Source of the DNA: an uncultured Pseudomonadota bacterium
Lineage (GTDB): Bacteria > Pseudomonadota > Alphaproteobacteria > JACZXZ01
Direction: 5' to 3'
DNA length: 64,000 nucleotides
Assembly (NCBI GenBank): GCA_963749075.1
Contig: CAVVLJ010000022.1
Coordinates: 128,001-192,000, forward strand
A program made the position numbers and the translations under genes. Shown here piece after piece: positions 11,205-20,376 of the stretch (its first letter is position 1; each line of letters starts with the position of its first letter). The notes beneath the pieces are model-generated. The model was not told the origin of the DNA, made no database searches, and was given only the letters and a program-made list of their open reading frames with translations.

Positions 11205-11963
11205 ATGTTCTTTTCCCTGGCTGACATGATCACGTTTCTTCCCCCGCTCCTCAAAGGCGCCTATCTCACCATCGCGGTCTCGCTGCTCTCCTTTGCACTC
11301 GCCACCGTCATCGGGCTTCTTGTCGGCCTCGCGCGCATCTCGCGGCTGCTGCCGCTCCGCATCTTGGCCACCCCCTACGTCCAGTTCATCCGCGGCACGC
11401 CGCTTCTTCTCCAGCTCTTCACCATCTACTACGTGCTGCCCTATGGCGGCATCATCCTCTCGCCCTTCGTCTCGGCCGTGTTCGGCCTCACGCTCAACTA
11501 CAGCGCCTATATGGCCGAGGTATTCCGCGGCGGCATTCTGGCGATCCCCAAGGGCCAATGGGAGGCCGGCCTCTCGATCGGCATGTCGCGCCGGCTTCTG
11601 CTGCGCCGCATCATCCTGCCGCAGGCGTTGCGCATCGTTGTGCCGGCGATCGGCAACTTCTTCGTGTCGATCTTCAAGGATTCGGCGCTCGTCTCGGTGA
11701 TCACCATGCGCGACCTGATGTTCAGCGGCGAGATACTCGCCGCCGCCACCTTCAAGCACTTCGAGATCTTCGCCATGGTGGCGGTCATCTATTTCCTGAT
11801 CAGCTACCCGACCGCGAAGTTCGTCGAATACATCGAGCAGCGCCTCGACGTCCACCGCACGCGGCCCACGGACGCGGCCGCGGCGCTCCGCTGGTCGCGC
11901 GTTGCGCGGCTGGCGTGGGCGCGTGGCGTCGCACGAAGCGGCGGCCATACCAAGGGCATGTGA
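11205..11963 (+). CDS. Polar amino-acid ABC permease (HisM/GlnP type)
   Basis: FIRGTPLLLQL, SAYMAEVFRGGI, GQWEAG, ILPQA, KDSALVSVI. Confidence 0.93.
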   Translation: MFFSLADMITFLPPLLKGAYLTIAVSLLSFALATVIGLLVGLARISRLLPLRILATPYVQFIRGTPLLLQLFTIYYVLPYGGIILSPFVSAVFGLTLNYSAYMAEVFRGGILAIPKGQWEAGLSIGMSRRLLLRRIILPQALRIVVPAIGNFFVSIFKDSALVSVITMRDLMFSGEILAAATFKHFEIFAMVAVIYFLISYPTAKFVEYIEQRLDVHRTRPTDAAAALRWSRVARLAWARGVARSGGHTKGM

Positions 11964-11993
11964 GCGCGCCGTGCCGGCCGGCCGGCTACCCGC

Positions 11994-12722
11994 CTAATCC
12001 GTCCGGCCCACGCGCCAGGCGCCGCCCAGCATCTTGGCGCGGACGTCGAGGAGATGCGCGCGCAGTGCCTCCGCCGCCAGGCGCACGTCGCGCGCGCGGA
12101 GCGCGTCCGCGATCTGGCGGTGCTGGCTCTGGTAGGTCTCCCACTTCTCCTGCGTCGTGCTGCCGCGCTTGAGCTTCATCCAGGGCGGGTTCTGCCGCAC
12201 CGCGATCACGATCTGATAGGCGCCGACGGTGAGGCGGTTGTGCGTCGCCGCGACGAGGCGCTGGTGGAAGGTGCGGTCCCAATATTCCCATTCCGCGAGC
12301 GAGGTGGCGGCATCGCCGCGCTCGACGCACTCGAGCACCGCCTCGATATCGCTCTCGCTCGCGTGCAGCACGATGTCGTCGGCGAGGCCGGGTTCGAGGG
12401 CGAGGCGGAAGTCGAGAAGCTCGACCGGGCTCACGTCGGAGAGACGGAGCTCGGGTGCCGCCGGCGCCACCACCACGGTGCCGTGGCCGACCCGCCGGGC
12501 GATCTTGCCCGAGCGGTGGAGCTCGGCGAGGGCCGCGCGCACCACGTTGCGCGAGGCGCCGAAGCGGGCAGCCAGCTCGCGCTCGGGCACGAGGCGCTCG
12601 CCGGGCTTGACCTGCCCCTCGATGATCTGCCGCTCGAGGAGCGCATGCACGCGCTCGACCATCTCGCGCGAGCGCTCGCGGCGGCTCATTGCGGGCAGTG
12701 CCAATTCGTCTTTCGCTTCCAT
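11994..12722 (-). CDS. GntR/FadR family transcriptional regulator (FCD domain)
   Basis: PGERLVPERELAARFGASRNVVR HTH; DRTFHQRLVAATHN and QHRQIADAL FCD motifs. Confidence 0.9.
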   Translation of the reverse strand: MEAKDELALPAMSRRERSREMVERVHALLERQIIEGQVKPGERLVPERELAARFGASRNVVRAALAELHRSGKIARRVGHGTVVVAPAAPELRLSDVSPVELLDFRLALEPGLADDIVLHASESDIEAVLECVERGDAATSLAEWEYWDRTFHQRLVAATHNRLTVGAYQIVIAVRQNPPWMKLKRGSTTQEKWETYQSQHRQIADALRARDVRLAAEALRAHLLDVRAKMLGGAWRVGRTD

Positions 12723-12824
12723 GAATCGAGCCCTCCCACCGCGAGGTCCAATCCTCGTCCCGGACACGCGGCCCGGAGGCCGCTTGCGGCCCCTCCCTCT
12801 GCCTCCCTCCGGTCCGGCAGCGCC

Positions 12825-13154
12825 CTACTGCAGGGGCGAGTAAGGCTGCGGGATCAGGAAGGAGTTGGAGATCAGGTGCGTAAGGGCGCCTTCCTTCTCA
12901 TGGACCTTGCGCTTCTGCTCGTTCCATTCCGGGTCCTTGTGAAAGGCCGCCCACTTCCTCATCCGGTCGTCCATGCTGTCGAAGGCGAGAATATAGATGA
13001 GGGCGTTCTCGCGCTCGCCCACCGCCACGGTCCAGGCCCCCACGAGCTTCATGCCGTGCCGCGCGAAGCAAGGCACCGCCATCTTATCCATCATTTCCTG
13101 CAGCACGGGAAGCTTGAGCGACAGGCATTCGTAGCGGCGGAGCTCGTAGATCAT
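12825..13154 (-). CDS. NIPSNAP family protein
   Basis: MIYELRRY, GMKLVGAW, LIYILAFDS...W..F..DPEW, P.PYSPLQ. Confidence 0.9.
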   Translation of the reverse strand: MIYELRRYECLSLKLPVLQEMMDKMAVPCFARHGMKLVGAWTVAVGERENALIYILAFDSMDDRMRKWAAFHKDPEWNEQKRKVHEKEGALTHLISNSFLIPQPYSPLQ

Positions 13155-13202
13155 CCTCTCAATCTCCCTTTCGTGCGTTCCGGGCGCGGCCGGACGCCAT
13201 CC

Positions 13203-14189
13203 TCAGGCCAGCCTGGGGATGACCTCCTCCGCGAACATCTCCATCTGCTCCAGGCGCTCCGCGAGGCTGTCGCCCGCGACGTGGAGGACGTTGAAGTGGG
13301 TGACGCCCCTGGCCGCGACGGCGGCGATCTTCTCCGAGACCTCCTCCGCCGTGCCGATCCAGTTGTTGGCGATGAGCGTCTCCCAGGAGCCGGCGTATTT
13401 GAGCGAATGGCGGCCCTGGCGGCTCGCGCGATAATCCGCCGCGGCCTTCTCGCCGCTCTTCGCGAGCCGCAGCTGGCCCTCGGCCACGAGATCGATCTCG
13501 GCAGGCGCGCGGCCGTATTTGTCGAGCGCGGGCTTGAGGCCCTCGATCCTCTGCGGCACCACGGCCGCCTGCACCATCATGCCGAGCCCGAAGCGCGCCA
13601 CGCGCTCGAAGGCATCGGGGACCTTGACCGGCACATAGATGGGGAGCGGCGTCTGCAGCGGCTTGGGATTGAGGTTGACCTGGCTGAACTCGACGTATTT
13701 CCCCGCGAAGCTGACGGGCTCCTGCCGCGGCGCCAGCAACAGCTGGAGGGCCGCGATGATCTCGTCCAAGAGGTCGCCGCGGTGCGCCTTGCTCTCGCGC
13801 GGCCGCACGGCGTCGAATTCGTCGCGGCACATGCCGAGCCCGAGGCCGAGCAGCAGGCGTCCGCCGCTCAGCCGATCGAGCGTCGCCGCCTGCTTGGCGA
13901 GGATGATCGGATCGCGGTAGATCGCCAGCAGCACTCCGGTGCCGAGCTTGATCCGCGTGGTGCGCGCGGCGGCATAGGCAAGCGTGATAAGCGGCTCGTA
14001 CCAGTTGGCCGGTGCTTCGTCGGGAATGGCGTAGCAGGGCGTGGGGGTGACGAAATCGGTGCCCCAGACGGCGTCGTAGCCGAGGCGCTCGGCGGCGACC
14101 ACTGTCTCCACGACCTGAGCGGGCTGCGCGAAGTTCACGGGAACGAAGACGCCCTCGCGGCAGGTCGGAAACTCGATGTCGAAGCGCAT
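13203..14189 (-). CDS. LLM-class (luciferase-like) flavin-dependent oxidoreductase
   Basis: AERLGYDAVWGTD, AARTTRIKLGTGV, AKQAATLDRLSGGRLLLGLG, PKPLQ.PLPIY, FAEEVIPRL. Confidence 0.92.
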   Translation of the reverse strand: MRFDIEFPTCREGVFVPVNFAQPAQVVETVVAAERLGYDAVWGTDFVTPTPCYAIPDEAPANWYEPLITLAYAAARTTRIKLGTGVLLAIYRDPIILAKQAATLDRLSGGRLLLGLGLGMCRDEFDAVRPRESKAHRGDLLDEIIAALQLLLAPRQEPVSFAGKYVEFSQVNLNPKPLQTPLPIYVPVKVPDAFERVARFGLGMMVQAAVVPQRIEGLKPALDKYGRAPAEIDLVAEGQLRLAKSGEKAAADYRASRQGRHSLKYAGSWETLIANNWIGTAEEVSEKIAAVAARGVTHFNVLHVAGDSLAERLEQMEMFAEEVIPRLA

Positions 14190-14547
14190 GCACCCGCTCC
14201 CGCCGGCCAAGCTATCTGTCTCAGACAACGATCCAGCCAATTAAAGACCAATAGCCTTATAATTTAGCACGCGGTTGCACCACGGGCAAGTTCGTTACCT
14301 CAGTTCTGTTACATTCGCCGCTGCCTGTCAGCCGTTCGGGTTGAGCTAACTTGTTATTTTCGTTATATATCAATAGTATATAAACAGAACTCCCGCATGC
14401 ATCTTTCCCGTCTCTACTGCAGAGGCCACACAACCAAATTTCGATCTTGGCTCGCCCACGGCCGTGTGCCAAGATGCCACGAAAAGACCAAACATCAGCC
14501 AAATCTGGCAATTGGTTTCTTAGGCCTCTTACGTGAAGGGAGATCTC

Positions 14548-15624
14548 ATGTCCGCTCAACAACCGAGAAGGTGGTCCCGGCGCCGGCTCTTGCAGGTGGG
14601 CGGGGCCGCGGCGGCGGCGCTCGCGGCACCCCTGCCGCTCCGTGCCCAGTCGAAGCGCCTCGTGTATGCCACCTGGGGCGGGAGCTGGGAGAAGGCGCTG
14701 CGCCAGGCCTGGTTCGACCCCTTCACCAAGAAGACCGGCATCGAGGTGGTGTCCGCCACCGGCAACACCTACGGCAAGCTCCGCGCCATGGTCGAGGCCG
14801 GCAACGTGGAATGGGACGTGATCGAGGCGCAGCCCGATCTGAGCTATATCGGCACCAAGGACAATCTCCTCGAGAAGCTCGACTTCAAAGTCATCGACAC
14901 GCACGACGTCATGCCGGGCGACGACATCGTGACCCCGGTGGCGATCCCGCAAGTCGTCTATTCGAGCGTCCTCTTCTACAACACGAAGACCTTCAGCAAG
15001 GACAATCACCCGCGCACCTGGGCCGAGCTCTGGGACGTGAAGCGCTTCCCCGGCATGCGCCAGCTGCCGACCTTCGCGGTGAGCTCCTCGGCGTTCGACG
15101 GCGCAATGCTGGCGGACGGCGTGCCGCTCAGCGAGCTCTATCGCACGCCGATCGACATCGACCGGGCGCTGCGCACCCTCGACCGCATCCGCGACAACAT
15201 CATCTGGAACACCACCACCTCGCAGAGCGAGCAGTTCATGATGGACGGCCAGGCGGTGACCGGCACCGCCGGCGACGGGCGCGCCTATTCCGCGATCAGC
15301 CATGGGGCGCCGGCCGCCATCGAGTACAACGAGAGCCTGCTCAAGTATTCGGTCATGGCGGTCCCCCGCGGCGCCCCCAACCGCAGCGCCGCCATGGAAT
15401 TCCTCAACTACACCCTCACGCTCGAAGCCCAGGCGGCCATCGGCATGGCGTATAATTACGGCCCGGTCTGCCCCCGCGCCTTCGACCGCATCCCTCCGGA
15501 GCGGGCGAACGTTCTCTCGGGCGGCCCGCAGCAGCAGGGCAAGTTCGGGCGGCGCAATGAGAAATGGTGGGACGAGAACTTCGAGGTCGCCCAGGAGAAA
15601 TTCAACGCCTGGCGCATCCGCTGA
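14548..15624 (+). CDS. Polyamine/opine-type (PotD-like) ABC substrate-binding protein, Tat signal
   Basis: SRRRLL leader; TWGGSWE, PFTKKTGIEV, KLRAMVEAGNVEWDV, WDVKRFPG.R. Confidence 0.88.
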   Translation: MSAQQPRRWSRRRLLQVGGAAAAALAAPLPLRAQSKRLVYATWGGSWEKALRQAWFDPFTKKTGIEVVSATGNTYGKLRAMVEAGNVEWDVIEAQPDLSYIGTKDNLLEKLDFKVIDTHDVMPGDDIVTPVAIPQVVYSSVLFYNTKTFSKDNHPRTWAELWDVKRFPGMRQLPTFAVSSSAFDGAMLADGVPLSELYRTPIDIDRALRTLDRIRDNIIWNTTTSQSEQFMMDGQAVTGTAGDGRAYSAISHGAPAAIEYNESLLKYSVMAVPRGAPNRSAAMEFLNYTLTLEAQAAIGMAYNYGPVCPRAFDRIPPERANVLSGGPQQQGKFGRRNEKWWDENFEVAQEKFNAWRIR

Positions 15625-15631
15625 GCGGGCG

Positions 15632-16480
15632 ATGCCGCCGGCCGCCGAGCGGCGCGCGCTCGCGACGGCCCTCCTGCTCCTGCCCGCGGTGGCGCTCCTC
15701 GGCGCCTTCTTCGTCTATCCGCTCGGCAAGCTCATCTCCTTGAGCCTCTTGGGTCCGGGCGAGCCGGTGGCGAGCTACAGCCGACTCGTCGCGAGCTCGC
15801 TCTACCTCCAGGTGCTCACCCGCACGCTCTGGGTTGGTGCCGCGGTGACGGCGCTCTCGCTCCTCATCGGCTATCCCCTCGCGCACCGGCTGGCGACCGC
15901 GAGCCCGCGGGTCAAGGCCGTCCTCCTCGCGCTCATCCTCCTCCCGTTCTGGACCAACCTCCTGGTGCGGAGCTACGGCTGGATGATCCTCCTCAACCCG
16001 AAGGGGGTCATCAACCAGATCCTGATGGGCATCGGCGCCACCACGGCGCCGATCAGCCTCGTCTACAACCTCGTCGGCGTGCTGGTCGGCATGGTGCAGA
16101 TCATGGTGCCCTACATGGTCTTTCCCATTGCCGCCGTGATGTCGCGCATCGACCCGCAGCTGCCCAAGGCGGCGCGCAGCCTGGGCGCCGGCCCGCTCGG
16201 CTCCTTTCTCTGGGTCTATCTGCCCATGACGCTGCCCGGCGTGATGGCAGGCGTGCTCCTCGTCTTCACGCTGAGCGTGGGGTTCTTCGTCATCCCCGCC
16301 ATCCTCGGGGGCCCGCGCGACCTCATGATCGCGCAGCTCATCGAGTACAACGTCAACGGCTCGCTCAATTGGGGCTTCGCCAGCGCGCTCTCGACGGTCC
16401 TCCTCGCCGCCACCTTTGCGCTCTACCTCGCGGCGCAGCGCTGGTTCGGCCTCGGCGCGCTGTGGGGCGCCCTCAGGTGA
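15632..16480 (+). CDS. PotB-like ABC permease
   Basis: LLPFWTNLLVRSYGW, AARSLGA, IPAILGG, NWGFASA. Confidence 0.92.
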   Translation: MPPAAERRALATALLLLPAVALLGAFFVYPLGKLISLSLLGPGEPVASYSRLVASSLYLQVLTRTLWVGAAVTALSLLIGYPLAHRLATASPRVKAVLLALILLPFWTNLLVRSYGWMILLNPKGVINQILMGIGATTAPISLVYNLVGVLVGMVQIMVPYMVFPIAAVMSRIDPQLPKAARSLGAGPLGSFLWVYLPMTLPGVMAGVLLVFTLSVGFFVIPAILGGPRDLMIAQLIEYNVNGSLNWGFASALSTVLLAATFALYLAAQRWFGLGALWGALR

Positions 16481-17265
16481 GGCGCTCCCGCATCCCGGCC
16501 GCCGCGGCGAGCGGGAGCTTCATCGCCGGCGTCGGCGCCCTTCTCGTGCTGCCGACGCTGATCGTCATCCCGATGTCGTTCAGTGCGGCGGACATCCTCA
16601 TCTTTCCGCCCATCGGGTTTTCCTTCCGCTGGTACGAGAACTTCTTCTCCGACCCGCAGTGGCGGGCCGCGGCGGTGAACAGCGTGACCATCGCCCTCGG
16701 CACCACGTGCCTCGCCACGGTGCTCGGCGTGCTCGCGGCACTCGGCCTCGCGCGCATCCCGCTCCGCTACCGCGGCGGCCTGACCCTCTTCTTCCTGGCC
16801 CCGGCGGTCGTCCCCACCATCGTCACGGCGATCGCCACCTATCAGGCCTTCGCGCGGATGGGCCTGAGCGGCACGATCGGCGGAGTGATCCTCGGCCACA
16901 CCATCCTGGCGCTGCCCTTCGTCGTGCTCTACGTCTCGGCCGTCCTCCAGCGCGTGGACTGGCGTCTCGTGCACGCCGCGCGCAGCCTGGGTGCCACGCC
17001 CGCCCGCGCCCTCTTCCTCGTCACCATCCCGGCCATCATGCCGGGCATCGTGGCGGGAGCGGTCTTCGCCTTCGTGACCTCGTTCGACGAGGTCGTGGTG
17101 GCGCTCTTCCTCTGCGGCACGCGCGCGGTGACCCTGCCGGTCGAGATGTGGAACGGCATCCGCTTCGAGATCAATCCGACCGTCGCGGCGGCGTCGGTGA
17201 TCCTCCTTCTGATCTCCTCCTCGGTGCTCGTGCTGGTCTCGCTCCTGCGGAAGGGCCGCGCGTGA
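16477..17265 (+). CDS. PotC-like ABC permease
   Basis: GTG start overlapping the upstream TGA; FPPIGFSFRWY, AARSLGA, FVTSFDEVVV, TLPVEMW. Confidence 0.92.
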   Translation: MRRSRIPAAAASGSFIAGVGALLVLPTLIVIPMSFSAADILIFPPIGFSFRWYENFFSDPQWRAAAVNSVTIALGTTCLATVLGVLAALGLARIPLRYRGGLTLFFLAPAVVPTIVTAIATYQAFARMGLSGTIGGVILGHTILALPFVVLYVSAVLQRVDWRLVHAARSLGATPARALFLVTIPAIMPGIVAGAVFAFVTSFDEVVVALFLCGTRAVTLPVEMWNGIRFEINPTVAAASVILLLISSSVLVLVSLLRKGRA

Positions 17266-17272
17266 GGGCGCC

Positions 17273-18343
17273 ATGAGCACGTCCGTCGAGCTCGTGGCGC
17301 TCACCAAGCGCTACTCCGGCCAGGCCGCGGTGCGCGATCTCTCGCTCAGGGTCGAGGCCGGCGAGTTCTTCACCCTCCTCGGCTCGAGCGGCTCGGGCAA
17401 GACGACGACGCTCATGATGATCGCCGGCTTCGTCGATCCCGACGCCGGCGAGATCCGCGTCGGCGAGCGCTCGATCCTCGGCCTGCCGCCCGAGCGGCGC
17501 AATCTCGGCGTGGTCTTCCAGAGCTACGCGCTCTTCCCCAACATGACCGCCGCGGAGAACGTCGCCTTCCCGCTGCGCATGCGCGGCATGGACCGGCGGA
17601 TGCGCGGGCAAAAGGTGGCCGAGGCCCTCGGCCTCGTCGATCTCGCGGAGCTGGCGGAGCGCCGCATCGGGCAGCTGAGCGGCGGCCAGCAGCAGCGCGT
17701 GGCGCTCGCCCGGGCGCTCGTCTTCGAGCCGCCGGTGCTGCTCATGGACGAGCCGCTCGGTGCGCTTGACCGCAAGCTCCGCGAGCAGCTCCAGGGCGAG
17801 ATCAAGCGCATCCAGCAGGCGCTCGGCGTGACGGTGATCTACGTCACCCACGACCAGGACGAGGCGCTGGTGCTGTCCGACCGCATCGCCGTGATGGCGG
17901 GCGGCGAGATCGTGCAGATGGGTCCCGCGGCCGAGGTCTACGAGAGGCCGAAGAGCCTTTTCGTCGCGCAGTTCCTCGGCGAATCGAACGTCGTCGAGGG
18001 CCGCGTCGTGCGCGCGGCGGGTGGTGGGGTTGAGCTCGAGCTTTCGGGCGGGGCGGGCCTGGTCGTGGCCGCCGCCGCCGCGGCGCTGCCGGCCGGCCCG
18101 GTCCGCCTGATGGTGCGGCCCGAGGCCGTCTCGCTCTCGACGGAGCGCCACGAGGGGCTGAATTCGCTCGCCGGCCAGGTGCGCTCGATCGACTATCTCG
18201 GCGCCTCGATCCGCTACGGGATTTCGACGCGCGCGGGCGGCTTCCTCGCGCGTATGCCGCGCCTCGGTGCGTCCCGGGTCTTCGCGCTCGGCGCCGAGGT
18301 TTTCGTCGAATGGCGCCCCGAGGAGGGCGTGGTGTTCCCGTGA
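17273..18343 (+). CDS. PotA-like ABC ATP-binding protein (TOBE domain)
   Basis: [52 protein letters not shown]. Confidence 0.95.
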   Translation: MSTSVELVALTKRYSGQAAVRDLSLRVEAGEFFTLLGSSGSGKTTTLMMIAGFVDPDAGEIRVGERSILGLPPERRNLGVVFQSYALFPNMTAAENVAFPLRMRGMDRRMRGQKVAEALGLVDLAELAERRIGQLSGGQQQRVALARALVFEPPVLLMDEPLGALDRKLREQLQGEIKRIQQALGVTVIYVTHDQDEALVLSDRIAVMAGGEIVQMGPAAEVYERPKSLFVAQFLGESNVVEGRVVRAAGGGVELELSGGAGLVVAAAAAALPAGPVRLMVRPEAVSLSTERHEGLNSLAGQVRSIDYLGASIRYGISTRAGGFLARMPRLGASRVFALGAEVFVEWRPEEGVVFP

Positions 18344-18383
18344 GGCGGGCCGAAAGGGCTCTCACAGCAGGAGGAAAGCGACG

Positions 18384-18722
18384 ATGGACAGCGATACGGT
18401 GCTGAGAACGATCCGCTTCGACCCAACCCTCAGGGGCGATCCCGCCACGCGGACGACCTCCAAGCACTATTACAAGGACCCGAGCGGCGTCTTCGTGACC
18501 GGCTTCTGGTCGGCCGAATGGGGCAAGGTCGAGATCAATTACGCCAAGGACGAGTTCTGCGTGATCCTCGAGGGCGAGGTGCGCGTCATCGACGCCTCGG
18601 GCCACGCAGAGACCTATCGCCAGGGCGACAGTTTCGTCATCCCCAACGGCTTCACCGGCTTTTGGGAGACCGTGAAGCCGGTGCGCAAATTCTTCGCGAC
18701 CTACCAGCCGCGCAAGGATTGA
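18384..18722 (+). CDS. Cupin (DUF861/EutQ-like) protein
   Basis: GFWSAEWG...EFCVILEGEVRVID..G...Y..GDSFVIP.GFTG.WE...PVRKFF; AGGAGG RBS. Confidence 0.88.
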   Translation: MDSDTVLRTIRFDPTLRGDPATRTTSKHYYKDPSGVFVTGFWSAEWGKVEINYAKDEFCVILEGEVRVIDASGHAETYRQGDSFVIPNGFTGFWETVKPVRKFFATYQPRKD

Positions 18723-18735
18723 GCCGCGCCGGGCC

Positions 18736-20331
18736 TCATGGTGTCATGACGTGGAGCACGTTGCCTGCGAGGCCGTAGGCGACCCAGCCGCCCTTGCGGT
18801 CGTCGCCCTCGACGCGGATGACGATCTGGAGCGCCGTGCTCGCGGGGTCGAAGACCTTGTTCCGAGAGAACGTGATGCGGTCGACCTTGCCGCCGGCGAT
18901 CTTGAGGCGCGCGAGCGTCTCAGCCGTGAGCTCGGGCAAGCGGCCGAGGACCGCATCGTCGAGCTCGTCGGCCTCGAAGAACCAATCGTCGCCGTAGCCG
19001 TGCCACAGCGCCGTAGCTGCCCCGCCCGCCGAGCGCTTGAGCTCGCCCGCGTCGTAGGAGAAGAGGCCGAGGGCAGCGGGCTTCTTGGGGTCTTGCGCCG
19101 TGACGAGGAGCATGCTGTCGCGGAAATCGAGCTCCATGAGCTTGGCGTGCGCGCCGAGGCTGCCGCGCACCGCCGCGAGCGCCTCCGCCATCGCCGGTCC
19201 CTCGAGGAGGTTGAGCGGCGGCCGCTTGCTCTCGGGCAGGCGCACGCGCTTGACCTCGCCCTTGCCGTCGAAGTCGACCGTGCCTTTCTCGCCGCGGTCC
19301 TCGACGGTGATCTCCCATTGCATGGTGCTCGTCCCGAACTCGCGGGCCGGCTTCGACACCTCGACGGCATAGAGCGCGCCGCCCGGCATCTCCAGGCGCT
19401 GGCGCGCCGCGGCTTCCAGCTTCACGAGCAGGCTCCAATCCACCTCGCCGACCGCGAAGAGCTCGTTCGCGGGCATGCCCGCGGCCTTGCGCCCGGCCTC
19501 GAGCGGCTCTCTCGGCGATGCGGTGATGCCGTTGAGGTTGGCGTTGTACCAGCGCTCCTTCTTGGCATCCTCGAGGTCGCGGGCGAGGAACCACAGATAG
19601 CCGGTGGCGAAGCGCAGGGTCTCGATGCTCGGCTTCTCCCCCCACAGCTCGCGGATGTCGGCGATGGCCTCCTCGAGGGGCTTGCCGCCGGCAAGCATGT
19701 CGAGCCGCTTGGCGCGGTTGGTGCCGTCGAGATCGAGGCGGCGGACGTTGCCCTTGGCGTCGGCGATCGCCTCCGCCCGCTCGCGCGCGCTCCTCACCTC
19801 GACCGTCCACGTCACCTCGCCGCTGTGCGGCGCCGGGATGAGGGTGAGCTGGCGCTCGATGCGCATGCCGACGACCGCGGCGGGGTCCTCGAGCGCCACG
19901 CGCTTGACGGCGGCCACGCCGAGCTTGGCCGTCGCCGCGATGTTCACCTCGTCGAGGTCGAACAGGTTCTCCTCGAGCCTCGGGTTGATCAGGTCCAATT
20001 CGACGGGCGCCGGCCCGCTGACCTCCTCCCAGCTGAAGGACAAGCCCGCGGCGAGCTGGTGGTTCACGTGCACGAGTGTCCATTTGTCGACGTGCGTCGG
20101 CTGCGCCGGATCCTGGAGCTCGACGGCGAGCTCGTCGTTGCTGATCTCGATATCGAGCGCGCGCACCGGGTGGCCGATCTTGGCCTTGAGGGTGTCGAGC
20201 GCCTGCCGAGCCTCGTCGCCGGCGTAGAGCGGGGGATAGGGCGCATCGAAGCGGCAGGCGCCGAGGAGTGCCAGCGCCGCGGCGAGATAAAGGGCGCGCG
20301 CCGCGCCGCCGCTCAGGCGCGCTTGCAGCAT
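18736..20331 (-). CDS. Hypothetical lipoprotein with three internal repeats of roughly 160 aa
   Basis: Lipobox LLGA-C26; recurring blocks LFDLDEVN/LFAVGEVD/FFEADELD and W.VEV/WEITV; codon usage like neighbouring core genes. Confidence 0.7.
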   Translation of the reverse strand: MLQARLSGGAARALYLAAALALLGACRFDAPYPPLYAGDEARQALDTLKAKIGHPVRALDIEISNDELAVELQDPAQPTHVDKWTLVHVNHQLAAGLSFSWEEVSGPAPVELDLINPRLEENLFDLDEVNIAATAKLGVAAVKRVALEDPAAVVGMRIERQLTLIPAPHSGEVTWTVEVRSARERAEAIADAKGNVRRLDLDGTNRAKRLDMLAGGKPLEEAIADIRELWGEKPSIETLRFATGYLWFLARDLEDAKKERWYNANLNGITASPREPLEAGRKAAGMPANELFAVGEVDWSLLVKLEAAARQRLEMPGGALYAVEVSKPAREFGTSTMQWEITVEDRGEKGTVDFDGKGEVKRVRLPESKRPPLNLLEGPAMAEALAAVRGSLGAHAKLMELDFRDSMLLVTAQDPKKPAALGLFSYDAGELKRSAGGAATALWHGYGDDWFFEADELDDAVLGRLPELTAETLARLKIAGGKVDRITFSRNKVFDPASTALQIVIRVEGDDRKGGWVAYGLAGNVLHVMTP

Positions 20332-20376
20332 GTCCTGCTCAGCCGCCGCGGATGATGCCGGCCATGCGGCACGCCC

